Shown piece by piece: positions 1-8,499 of a stretch of 19,622 nt of DNA; position 1 is the first letter of the stretch, and the number at the start of each line of letters is the position of its first letter. Where the stretch lies: the NCBI GenBank assembly GCA_038217285.1, contig JBBQPO010000094.1:1-19622 (forward strand), in the 5' to 3' direction. The notes below the pieces were generated by a model, which saw nothing but the letters and a program-made list of their open reading frames with translations, was not told the origin of the DNA and did not search any database. The position numbers and the translations under genes are program-made. This DNA is from Chthonomonadales bacterium (lineage in GTDB: Bacteria > Armatimonadota > Chthonomonadetes > Chthonomonadales > Chthonomonadaceae).

Positions 1-132
1 ACCTTGCCGGGTGCCGAGGGTTTCTGTCGTCTGCGCAGTTATCTCTCGACATTACGCAAACAGGGCAAGAATATCCTGACCGCTCTGGAAGGCGTCTTTC
101 GGGGATCGCCCGAGCCTGTCGCTCCAGGCTAG
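1..132 (+). CDS. IS66-family transposase, C-terminal fragment (5' part outside window)
   Basis: Frame +1 reads TLPGAEGFCRLRSYLSTLRKQGKNILTALEGVFRGSPEPVAPG* (TAG 130-132). This matches the typical IS66 C-terminus GA..F..IRSYLST.RKQG.N...AL. Absent from the ORF track because it lacks a start in the window. Confidence 0.85.
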   Translation, partial: TLPGAEGFCRLRSYLSTLRKQGKNILTALEGVFRGSPEPVAPG

Positions 133-140
133 ACAGTAAC
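1..140 (+). mobile_element. Right end of IS66-family IS (ISBst12-like group), putative terminal inverted repeat about 127-140
   Basis: GGCTAGACAGTAAC overlaps the transposase stop and resembles the ...GCTGAACAGTTAC right ends of this group. The left end and target duplication are outside the window and cannot be verified. Confidence 0.65.
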
Positions 141-352
141 CTCTGTAGTTGTTTCGGCGTGACCGTTTGCATTAACCCTCTCGCTTCTCTCCATCGTTTT
201 CAACCTCATAGCGTAGCACACCCTTATCGCTACACCCGGTCTCTTGATAAGGCAGAGGCTAAAAAAGTTGCAGAGCAGTAATCGCTCGTTTTACGGGTAA
301 CCCAGAGTGGCGGATCGAACTCATAGCCTGGTAAACTCCTCCTTATTTTCCC

Positions 353-455
353 GGCAATGAATTGCCGTCCTGAAATGGCAAACCCGCCTTCGCGGGTTCC
401 ATGCATTTGAGTCCACGAAGGTGGACTTCCCGTCTCAGAACGGGATTTTAATCCC
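353..455. repeat. Inverted doublet of 46-bp double-hairpin REP-like units (353-398 and 410-455)
   Basis: The reverse complement of 353-398 aligns ungapped with 410-455 at 31/46 identity. Each unit has two hairpins (AACCCGC-GAAG-GCGGGTT vs AGTCCAC-GAAG-GTGGACT; GGCAA-TTCA-TTGCC vs GGGAT-TTTA-ATCCC). Confidence 0.8.
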
Positions 456-530
456 AGAAATTTGCCCGATTTTTATTTCCCAGAACAATGAGCTAGCGTA
501 GGTATCATGTTTGGACAGGCTGGGAATAGG

Positions 531-1040
531 CTATTGTGCGCCAGCGTCTTCCAGGACACGCGCAGTGTCTGGATGATTGTTATCTCGCGCTAAGCTCAGT
601 GCCGTGTAGCCGTTGCCCCCCGTGAAGTTTACATAAGGATGATGGCGAAGGAGAGCTCTTACGGTCTCTGTATGGCCCTGGCAAGCGGCAGACATGAGAG
701 GAGTAAATCGCCTATCGTCACTACCAGTGGCGTCCACATTGATACCTGTGTTGAGGATGCGTTCTACCGTCTTGGTATCACCCACGGTCGCCGCTGAGAT
801 CAACTGATCTTCCAGCCTCGATTTGCGGAAGCCACTAAACAAAACGACCGCAATAGCGACGACGATGCAGGCAATGCAGACGATACAGGCGTTTTTGCCC
901 ACAGGGCGTACTGGTTCAGACGGGTCTCCCTCGTTGTAAGGGGTTGCCAGGAATACCAATCCACGGAAGAGCAAGCCGCATATCGTGACGCCTATGGCAG
1001 CAATCAGGATGACGAAAAACGATCCAAAAATAAGCTCCAT
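531..1040 (-). CDS. Membrane-anchored ankyrin-repeat protein
   Basis: Two hydrophobic N-terminal segments are followed by ankyrin motifs (LISAATVGD...VERIL, TPLMSAACQGHTETVRALL, TALSLARDNNHPDTARVL). Confidence 0.85.
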   Translation of the reverse strand: MELIFGSFFVILIAAIGVTICGLLFRGLVFLATPYNEGDPSEPVRPVGKNACIVCIACIVVAIAVVLFSGFRKSRLEDQLISAATVGDTKTVERILNTGINVDATGSDDRRFTPLMSAACQGHTETVRALLRHHPYVNFTGGNGYTALSLARDNNHPDTARVLEDAGAQ

Positions 1041-1222
1041 ATGAGCAGAACCTTCTTTAAAGAGACTTTGACCCTACCTGTTTAGCATTTAGCATACCTG
1101 CTGGTAGATACCTTTGTCTACTCTTTAATCAGCGTAGGAGAAATCCTGGTGATGCTCATTTTGCTTCGCTGTTCGGGGTATTATCATACACAGAATGATC
1201 GTTGTGAAGAAGGGATACCGCT

Positions 1223-1687
1223 ATGCCGGAAGTAGGAGAGGTTGCACCGGACTTTACGCTGCAGGACAACAAGGGCGAGACTGTAGCGCTTGCGGATCTG
1301 CGCGGTAAGACGGTGGTGCTGTTTTTCTATCCGAAGGCCGATACGCCGGGATGTACGATCGAGGCGTGTTCGTTTCGGGACGCGAAGGCGAATTATGACG
1401 AGGCCGAGGTGATGATCCTGGGGATTAGTCCGGACACGGTCAAGTCACAGGAGAGGTTCGCCACGAAGTTCGAATTTCCGTATCGCCTGCTTGCAGACCA
1501 CGATCATGCCGTGGCCGAAGCGTATGGCGTCTGGGCGGAGAAGTCGATGTACGGCAAAAAATATATGGGCATCGACCGCACGACCTTTGTCATCGGGCCG
1601 GACGGCAAGTTGAGCCATGTCTTCCGCAAGGTCAAAGTAGACGCCCATGCGGACGAAGTGCTGAAAGCCCTGAAAACCAGTTACTAG
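1223..1687 (+). CDS. bcp: Thioredoxin-dependent thiol peroxidase (BCP/PrxQ peroxiredoxin)
   Basis: APDFTL, FFYPKADTPGCTIEACSFRD (CxxxxC), GISPD and RTTFVIGPDG motifs. SD-like AAGGGA upstream. Confidence 0.95.
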   Translation: MPEVGEVAPDFTLQDNKGETVALADLRGKTVVLFFYPKADTPGCTIEACSFRDAKANYDEAEVMILGISPDTVKSQERFATKFEFPYRLLADHDHAVAEAYGVWAEKSMYGKKYMGIDRTTFVIGPDGKLSHVFRKVKVDAHADEVLKALKTSY

Positions 1688-1718
1688 AAGTTTGAGAAGG
1701 AGTACGACGATAGAAGCA

Positions 1719-2696
1719 ATGTTGGCAAAGCGCGATTTCGATGTCGTGACGTTCGGGGAGACGATGCTGCGTCTGAGCGCGCCGGGATTCGGGCGACTGG
1801 AAGAGGCCGTCTCGCTGGATGTGCGCGTCGGGGGATCGGAGTCGAACACGGCGGTCGCGCTGGCCCGCCTGGGGCTGAAGGTGGCGTGGTGGAGCAAACT
1901 TCCCCCCAATCCCATGGGTCGCCGCATCGAGAATGAGATCCGGCGCTGGGGCGTCGATACGTCAGGAGTCATCTGGGACGATCTGCCCGGTGCGCGAGCC
2001 GGGCTCTACTTCATCGACTTCGGCGTCGCCCCACGCGGTATCGATGTCTACTACGATCGGGCCGCCTCTTCCGCCAGTCGGATCACCGCGCACGAGGTCG
2101 ATGCCGACCGCATCGCCAACGCCCGGCTGCTGCATCTGAGCGGTATCACTTCGGCCCTCAGTCCTTATGCCGCCAAGGCCGTCGTTCGCGCCCTCGACAT
2201 CGCCAAGGAGGCAGGAACGCGCGTCTCCTTCGATGTGAACTATCGGGCGAAACTCTGGTCGCCCGCAGAGGCGCGCCGCGAGTTGGAGCCACTGCTCTCC
2301 CGCGTCGATGTGCTGCTCTGCCCGCTCTCCGATGCGGAAGCGCTGTTCGATATCACCGGCGAGGGTCCGGACGTGGCGCGCACCTTCCGCGAGAACTACG
2401 GCGTCGATTCGGCGGTCATCACCTGCGGCGGCGCCGGCGCGGTCGCCTGCAACGACGCCGGCGACTGGGCGGCGACACCCTTCACGCTCGGTCATGTGGT
2501 AGACCGGATCGGGGCCGGGGACGCCTTCAATGCCGGTGTCCTGATGGGCTATCTCCAGGGCGACCTGAAACTCGGCCTGGAGTACGGCACCGCGATGGCT
2601 GCCCTCAAACACACCATATCCGGCGACCTTCTGCTCTCGACGCGCGCGGAGATCGAAATCGCCCACTCCCGCAGCCACAGCAGCATCCGCCGCTAA
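1719..2696 (+). CDS. PfkB-family sugar kinase, 2-keto-3-deoxygluconate kinase-like
   Basis: GETMLRL, GGSESNTAVALARLG, YYDRAASSAS, SFDVNYRAKLWS and DRIGAGDAF motifs. Start placed at ATG 1719; TTG 1692 or 1722 are alternatives. Confidence 0.9.
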   Translation: MLAKRDFDVVTFGETMLRLSAPGFGRLEEAVSLDVRVGGSESNTAVALARLGLKVAWWSKLPPNPMGRRIENEIRRWGVDTSGVIWDDLPGARAGLYFIDFGVAPRGIDVYYDRAASSASRITAHEVDADRIANARLLHLSGITSALSPYAAKAVVRALDIAKEAGTRVSFDVNYRAKLWSPAEARRELEPLLSRVDVLLCPLSDAEALFDITGEGPDVARTFRENYGVDSAVITCGGAGAVACNDAGDWAATPFTLGHVVDRIGAGDAFNAGVLMGYLQGDLKLGLEYGTAMAALKHTISGDLLLSTRAEIEIAHSRSHSSIRR

Positions 2697-2716
2697 CGAT
2701 CCTACGGGAGATCATC

Positions 2717-3613
2717 ATGAAACTGCAGATGGGGCAACGTGAACTGGAGCTCGGCGGCAACTATCTCGGCAGCCTGCGCGATTCGAACGCGCTTCTGCAC
2801 GATCCGGTGGAGCTCAGGGAGCGGATGGACGAGGACGGCTATCTCTTGCTGCGCGGCCTTCAGCCGGTCGAGAAGGTCACGGCGGTGCGCGATATGCTGC
2901 TGGCGAATCTCGACGCGAACGACCAAATTGATCACGCCTTCCCGTGGGAGCAGGGCGTGGTAAAGGCGGGAGGGCGCGGAGCCTTTCTGGGCGGCAGCAA
3001 GCCCCTGACCCGCAATCAGACCTTTCTCGATCTGGTCGAATCGCCCGCCATCATGGGGTTCTTCGCCAACTTCCTGCGCTCGGATGTCCTGACCTTCGAC
3101 TACAAGTGGCTGCGCGTGGTCGGCCCCGGCGACTTTACGGGCGCGCACTACGACATCGTCTATATGGGGCGCGGCACCCACAATCTGTACACCTGCTGGA
3201 CGCCCATCACCGATGTCAGCTACGACATGGGCCCGTTGGCGATACTGGTTGGATCGCATCGCGGCGCAGGCTACGAACGCATCCGCGCCACCTACGGGCA
3301 GATGGATGTGGACCGCGACCATGTGACCGGCGCGTTTTCGAACGACCCGATGGAGATGGTGGAGAAGTTCGGCGGACAGTGGCAGACCACCGAGTTCCAG
3401 CGAGGAGACGTCCTCCTCTTCGGAATGTATACCATGCACGGCTCCATCAACAACACCAGCAACCGTTATCGTCTCTCCACAGATACCCGCTATCAGCGCG
3501 CCGACGACCCGGTGGACGAACGCTGGATCGGCGACAACCCCCCTGCCCACTACGCCTGGACCACCGGCGAAACCGTCCCCATGGAAGAGGCCCGCAAAAG
3601 CTGGGATGTTTAG
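2717..3613 (+). CDS. Phytanoyl-CoA dioxygenase (PhyH)-family Fe(II)/2-oxoglutarate oxygenase
   Basis: EDGYLLLRG, HxD motif (AHYD), TCWTPI, GPLAILVGSH, GDVLLF...HGS..N.S.RYRLS.D.RY. SD GGGAG upstream. Confidence 0.9.
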   Translation: MKLQMGQRELELGGNYLGSLRDSNALLHDPVELRERMDEDGYLLLRGLQPVEKVTAVRDMLLANLDANDQIDHAFPWEQGVVKAGGRGAFLGGSKPLTRNQTFLDLVESPAIMGFFANFLRSDVLTFDYKWLRVVGPGDFTGAHYDIVYMGRGTHNLYTCWTPITDVSYDMGPLAILVGSHRGAGYERIRATYGQMDVDRDHVTGAFSNDPMEMVEKFGGQWQTTEFQRGDVLLFGMYTMHGSINNTSNRYRLSTDTRYQRADDPVDERWIGDNPPAHYAWTTGETVPMEEARKSWDV

Positions 3614-3634
3614 CAGGCCGATTCTTCGTTCAGA

Positions 3635-5785
3635 TCAGGAATGCGGTTCGACTTCCAGGTTGGCGAGGAGGAAGGCCCACTGGTCGGCCTGCTCTTCGAG
3701 GATCTTCGCCATCGGTTTGCCCGCGCCGTGTCCGGCCTTGGTCTGAATGCGAATGAGTGTGGGAGCCGTGCCGCCCTGGGCCGTTTGCAGCGTCGCCGCG
3801 TATTTGTAGGAGTGCGCGGGGACGACGCGGTCATCATGGTCGCCGGTCGTGACGAGGGTCGCGGGATATTTCGTGCCGGGCTTGATGTTGTGCAGAGGCG
3901 AGTAGGCGTAGAGAGCCGCGAACAGCTCCGCGTCTTCACTGCTGCCATAGTCGGATTTCCAGGCCCAGCCGATGGTAAACAGGTGGAAGCGCAGCATATC
4001 CATGACCCCGACGGCAGGCAGCGCCGCGCCGAATAGATCGGGGCGCTGATTGAGCGCCGCGCCGACCAGCAGGCCCCCGTTGGAACCGCCCGCGATGCCG
4101 ATCTTGCCAGGGCGTGTGATCTTCTCCGCGATGAGATACTCCGCCGCCGCGAGGAAGTCGTCGAACACATTTTGCTTGTTCAGCTTCGTACCCGCTTGAT
4201 GCCACTCTTCGCCGTACTCCCCGCCGCCGCGCAGGTTGGGAATGGCGACCACTCCCCCCCGTTCCAGCCATACCAGCGTTGAGGGATCGAAGCTGGGCGT
4301 GAGCGAGGCCCCGAATCCGCCGTATCCATAAAGATAGACCGCATTCGAGCCGTCCCGATTCAGGTCTTTGCGGTGCGTAAGGAACATCGACACCTTCGTG
4401 CCATCTTTGCTTTTATAGAAAACCTGTCGGGTTTCGTAGGGAGACGCGTCGAACCGGATCTCCGGCTTGCGGAAGACCGCGCTCTTACCGGTCGTCCCGT
4501 CGTAACGGTAGAGCGTGGTGGGATAGAGATACGAGGTGAACGCATAAAACCGTTCGGTGTCGGTGCGCCTGCCCGAGAAACCGCCCATTGTTCCCAGCGT
4601 GGGCGGATCCAGTTTCTTCTGGAACTTACCTTCCATGTCGTAAAAACGGACTTCGGAGTAGGCGTTGTGCAGGTATACCGCGATAAACTGATCGCCCAGC
4701 AGGGAGATGTCACGCAGGACGTCGGCGTCTTCGGGGATCCGGGTCTGCCACTGCGACGGGTCCGGGTGCGCCAGATCGACCGCGATCACTTTGCTCCGCG
4801 GGGCGTCTTTGTCGGTCAGAATATAGAACGTGCGCTCATCGTGGCCAAGGTAGGAGTAAGAGGCATCGAAGGCGTCGAAGAGCGGAATGACCGGAGCGGT
4901 GAGGTCGGGGCTGTCGGGACTGCCCAGGTCTTTGTAGTAGAGGCGATTGCGCCTGTCCGTGCCTTCCGTCAGCGTCAGCAGCAGATAGCGTCCGTCGTCG
5001 CTGATAGAGGTGTAGATGCCCCAGTCGGACTGATCGGGGCGCTCGTAGAGGAGGATGTCGTCGGCCTGCGGGGTTCCGATACGATGATAGTAGAGTTTCT
5101 TGTCGCGATTGGCCTGCTGGAGCGCCGCGCCTTCCGACGGTTCCGGAAAGCGCGAGTAGAAGAAGCCGACACCATCGTGCGTCCAGGAGAAACCGGAAAA
5201 TTTGACCCAATTCAGCAGGTCCTCGCGATCTTCGGCGGTGTCGATATCCCGTAGATGGACCTCCTGCCAGTCGGAACCGCCCTGTGAGAGCGAGTAGACG
5301 AGAAGCTTGCCATCGAAGGAGACGCTGAGCCCGTTGAGGGAGACGGTGCCATCCGCAGAGAGGGTGTTGGGATCGAGGAGCGGACGGGGTTCGGCCTCGA
5401 GCCCGTCCTGAACGTAGAGCACGGACTGGTTCTGCAGGCCGTTGTTCCGGAAGAAAAAAGTGCGCCCGCTCTCTTGAAAAGGCAGGCTGTAGCGCGGATA
5501 GTCGTAGAGTTCGGTTAGACGGTCCCGTAAGGCGGCTCGTTCGGGCAGTTGGTTCAGGTAGGCATAGGTCAGCTCGTTCTGACGCGCGACCCACTGGGCG
5601 GTCTCCTCGGCGTTGGCGTCCTCCAGCCAGCGGTAAGGGTCCGCGACAGAGGTTCCAAAGTAGTCGTCCATCACCTCCTCACGCCGGGTTTGCGGGTAGG
5701 GAAGCGGTTCTTGCGGACGATTAAGTGCAACCGCAGCGCACAGCAGCGCTGTGATCGCGAGGAAAAGCAGGTGTAAATAGTCCAT
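3635..5785 (-). CDS. Prolyl oligopeptidase (S9A) with N-terminal signal/anchor
   Basis: DPYRWLED, YGYGGF, NLRGGGEYGEEWH, catalytic GGSNGGLL, DHDDRVVPAHS and AGHGAG. Start taken as MDYLHLL (ATG 5785); the ORF-track extension to 6196 overlaps the next gene. Confidence 0.95.
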   Translation of the reverse strand: MDYLHLLFLAITALLCAAVALNRPQEPLPYPQTRREEVMDDYFGTSVADPYRWLEDANAEETAQWVARQNELTYAYLNQLPERAALRDRLTELYDYPRYSLPFQESGRTFFFRNNGLQNQSVLYVQDGLEAEPRPLLDPNTLSADGTVSLNGLSVSFDGKLLVYSLSQGGSDWQEVHLRDIDTAEDREDLLNWVKFSGFSWTHDGVGFFYSRFPEPSEGAALQQANRDKKLYYHRIGTPQADDILLYERPDQSDWGIYTSISDDGRYLLLTLTEGTDRRNRLYYKDLGSPDSPDLTAPVIPLFDAFDASYSYLGHDERTFYILTDKDAPRSKVIAVDLAHPDPSQWQTRIPEDADVLRDISLLGDQFIAVYLHNAYSEVRFYDMEGKFQKKLDPPTLGTMGGFSGRRTDTERFYAFTSYLYPTTLYRYDGTTGKSAVFRKPEIRFDASPYETRQVFYKSKDGTKVSMFLTHRKDLNRDGSNAVYLYGYGGFGASLTPSFDPSTLVWLERGGVVAIPNLRGGGEYGEEWHQAGTKLNKQNVFDDFLAAAEYLIAEKITRPGKIGIAGGSNGGLLVGAALNQRPDLFGAALPAVGVMDMLRFHLFTIGWAWKSDYGSSEDAELFAALYAYSPLHNIKPGTKYPATLVTTGDHDDRVVPAHSYKYAATLQTAQGGTAPTLIRIQTKAGHGAGKPMAKILEEQADQWAFLLANLEVEPHS

Positions 5786-5889
5786 GCGGGTAGTGGACTC
5801 CGTTCGTAGGGGACTCCTGCCCACGTTACGGTGGCGCGGGCAGGGCAGAGGTCGATTCGCCGCAGAGGGCCTGCACTCCTCTTTTTCGC

Positions 5890-6657
5890 CTACTTCTTCG
5901 GTTCGGCGGAGGCAGGGCGAGAGTGGGAGAGGAACCAGGTGTAGAGTTCTGGATTGTTGTAGGTCTCGGTCCAGGAGTCGTGACCGGCGTCCGGATAGAG
6001 CGTCAGTTTTACGTCCCCGCCGGCGGCTTTCATGGCGTCTACCATGAGATGCGCCTCGTTGACGGGAACGGTCGGGTCCTTTTCGCCATGAAACACCCAG
6101 GCTGGCACGGTTCTGAGACGGCGCGTTGAGAACGCAGAGCCAAAGCCACAGATGGGGGCGATGGCGGCGAATCGCTCGGGGTTCGAGGTCGCCCATTCCC
6201 AGGTGCCGTGTCCGCCGAGGCTCAGGCCAGTGAGATAGACACGCGACGTATCGACGCTGTACTTCAGCACCACCTCGTCGAGCATGCCGTTCAGGGTTTC
6301 GACATCCCAGCCCTTGCCGCCTGGAGCCTGCGGCGAAACGACCAGGAAAGGGAACTCTTTGCCAGCCGCGATCAGCTTGGGCGGGCCGTGCATCTTCACC
6401 TTCTCCAGATCGCTCCCCCGCTCACCGGAACCGTGCAGGAAGATCAGCACCGGCCACTTCTTATCCGCCTCTTTGCCATACTCTTTCGGCAGGTAGAGCA
6501 AGTACTTCAGCGTCAGGGTCTTGACGACCTGTTTCTCGAACGACTGCGGCTGTTGTGTTCCAGGCTGCGCCTGCTGCGCCTGCGCCAGCGGGCCGCGCGT
6601 CAGCGTCAACGCGACCAGTAAGGCCGCCGTTCCTATCGAAAACCGTTTGAACTGCAT
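5890..6657 (-). CDS. Secreted alpha/beta-hydrolase (predicted peptidase/esterase/phospholipase)
   Basis: Signal peptide ending AQA, then FLHGSGERG, nucleophile elbow TGLSLGG, FHGEKDPTVP and GHDSW. Confidence 0.9.
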   Translation of the reverse strand: MQFKRFSIGTAALLVALTLTRGPLAQAQQAQPGTQQPQSFEKQVVKTLTLKYLLYLPKEYGKEADKKWPVLIFLHGSGERGSDLEKVKMHGPPKLIAAGKEFPFLVVSPQAPGGKGWDVETLNGMLDEVVLKYSVDTSRVYLTGLSLGGHGTWEWATSNPERFAAIAPICGFGSAFSTRRLRTVPAWVFHGEKDPTVPVNEAHLMVDAMKAAGGDVKLTLYPDAGHDSWTETYNNPELYTWFLSHSRPASAEPKK

Positions 6658-6666
6658 GCTTTTATC

Positions 6667-7452
6667 CTATGTCCCTTCTCGAGGGTCGAAGTTGCTTCGG
6701 GCGGCGTGGGGCACCTGCAAAATCCGGGGCGCGGGGGGGCGGCGGCCCGCGTTGGGGTTCACGCCGACGGCGGTCAGGGGGCCACCGAAGACGGCTCCGG
6801 TGTCGATGCCGTGCTTGTTGCGCTCGATCAGCACCCGCTGCGTGGGCGTGTGCCCGAAGACGACGATCTTCCCGTTGAAATCGTCTTTGCTGGAGAGGAA
6901 CGGCTCGCGGATCCAGAGGCGTTCGTCCATCCCATGCGCCTGCCCTTCCCAGAGTTTGCCCTTGGGCAGCAGGCCGGCATGAACGAAGAAGTAGCGCGGG
7001 GTGCTGTACTCGAGGCGCGTCGCCCGCAGGAACTCCCAGTGGGCTTCGGGAATCACCTCCCACCAGCGTAAAAACTCCTCGTCATCCAGCTCGTCTTTGT
7101 AGGAGAAGAGGGTGTCTTCGCCACCGTTCTGAAACCAGAGATGGGTCTGGTCGGAGAGCCGAAAAGAGTCCGGAGTCGCGCCGCGGGCCGGAGGTTCGCT
7201 GTCGCGGGCGTCGATGATCAGTTGTTCGTGGTTGCCGCGCAGAAAGATGGTGTTCGGACGCTCCTGCTGCAAGGCAAGCAGGGCTTCTACGGTGGCCCGG
7301 GAGTCCTCGCCGCGATCAATATAGTCGCCCAGAAAAATCAGAACGTCTTGTTCGCGCAGCGGCTGCTCCTTCAGCAGTTCCAGCATCGCGCGCAGCATCG
7401 TGATCTGGCCATGCACATCGCCGATCGCGTAAATAAGGGGCTCGTCCCCCAT
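6667..7452 (-). CDS. Calcineurin-like metallophosphoesterase (bacterial Ser/Thr protein phosphatase type)
   Basis: GDVHG, GDYIDRG, RGNHE, VHAG, FGHTP and IDTGA motifs. SD GAGGAG precedes ATG 7452; ATG 7488 is an alternative. Confidence 0.92.
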   Translation of the reverse strand: MGDEPLIYAIGDVHGQITMLRAMLELLKEQPLREQDVLIFLGDYIDRGEDSRATVEALLALQQERPNTIFLRGNHEQLIIDARDSEPPARGATPDSFRLSDQTHLWFQNGGEDTLFSYKDELDDEEFLRWWEVIPEAHWEFLRATRLEYSTPRYFFVHAGLLPKGKLWEGQAHGMDERLWIREPFLSSKDDFNGKIVVFGHTPTQRVLIERNKHGIDTGAVFGGPLTAVGVNPNAGRRPPAPRILQVPHAARSNFDPREGT

Positions 7453-7637
7453 ACGTGTCTCCTCACGCGGTGAACCGAACAGGCGCATCAGCGCATTCCT
7501 CTCTAACGGGTTGGGGATGACAGATCGCGAACGATACAGTTCGGCGCGTCCACACGAATCGCCTGGGGTTTCTCCCCTATGTCAGACAGACCGAAAACGG
7601 TCACTATGCTCCGGACAAGCTGTCGCCTCGCATTCCC

Positions 7638-7646
7638 ATTGTACCA
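7638..7646 (-). promoter_or_regulatory. Possible extended -10 promoter for the phosphatase/esterase/POP genes
   Basis: TGGTACAAT (TGn-TACAAT) on the minus strand just past the hydrolase stop. No clear -35. Confidence 0.4.
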
Positions 7647-7662
7647 GAAAACGGGCGCGGAG

Positions 7663-8499
7663 TTACCCAACCTCCCCGAGGAGCAGGGTTTTCGTGAGAC
7701 GGGCGAGGGCGATTATGCCGGGGTTGTCGGAGGTCCACTGGACCATAGGAAGCTGCTGGCAAAAGAGCGCGAGGGCGAACTGTCTGCCATCCGGCGCGGT
7801 GACCAGACCGACGTCGTTGCGAACGGCGTCGATGGACCCGGTCTTCCCGGCGTATTTCCAGTCTTCCGGCAGATAGCGGGGGATGCAGTCGCGAGAGGCC
7901 TGCTCCTTCATGATCGAGCGGATCTCCCCGCTGACGGCGGCGTCCCCGATCCTGTCTTCGGCGAGCAGGGTAAGAAGGTCGAGCATCTCCTGCGGCGTCG
8001 TCATGCCCAGGCCGAACTCCCGGCTGGCCTCGGTGTCCGCAGAGTAGGATTTGCGGTAGAGCGTGGTCAGCGGCAGCCCCAGCGTACGCATGCGGGCATT
8101 GATCGGCTCCACGCCCAGACGCTCGATCAGCATGTTGGTCGCGGTGTTGTCGGAGATGATCGTCATCAGCACACAGAGGTCGCGCAGCGTCCAGTCGGTT
8201 CCGGCGGTCAACTGCGTCAACACACCGGCCCCAGCGACCTTTTCCGCCTCGGTCAGTGTCAGTTTTTCACTCCAGTCCAGCAGGCCCTCCTGCACCGCGA
8301 GCGCGACATGGATCAGCATCGGAAACTTGATGACGCTGGCGGTCTGGCAGCGCCTGTCCGCCCGATAGAGGCGCTGCCAGCCCGTCTGCAGGTCCTGGAC
8401 GGCGAAAGCGAGCAGGCCTTCGCCTCCCAACCCGGTTTCGATGCGCTCGACAGCGGCGAGGGTCGCCGCATCCAGGTTATGGGGTACGTTTGCGGGCAA
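7663..8499 (-). CDS. Class A beta-lactamase-fold serine hydrolase, no signal peptide
   Basis: SxxK (ASVIK), SDN and KTG motifs. TTG start with GAGGGA upstream; overlaps the upstream gene by 23 nt. Confidence 0.88.
   Translation of the reverse strand: MPANVPHNLDAATLAAVERIETGLGGEGLLAFAVQDLQTGWQRLYRADRRCQTASVIKFPMLIHVALAVQEGLLDWSEKLTLTEAEKVAGAGVLTQLTAGTDWTLRDLCVLMTIISDNTATNMLIERLGVEPINARMRTLGLPLTTLYRKSYSADTEASREFGLGMTTPQEMLDLLTLLAEDRIGDAAVSGEIRSIMKEQASRDCIPRYLPEDWKYAGKTGSIDAVRNDVGLVTAPDGRQFALALFCQQLPMVQWTSDNPGIIALARLTKTLLLGEVG

Noticed and set aside
353-455. CRISPR array
   Set aside because: There are only two units, they are inverted rather than direct, there are no regular spacers, and no cas genes are present.
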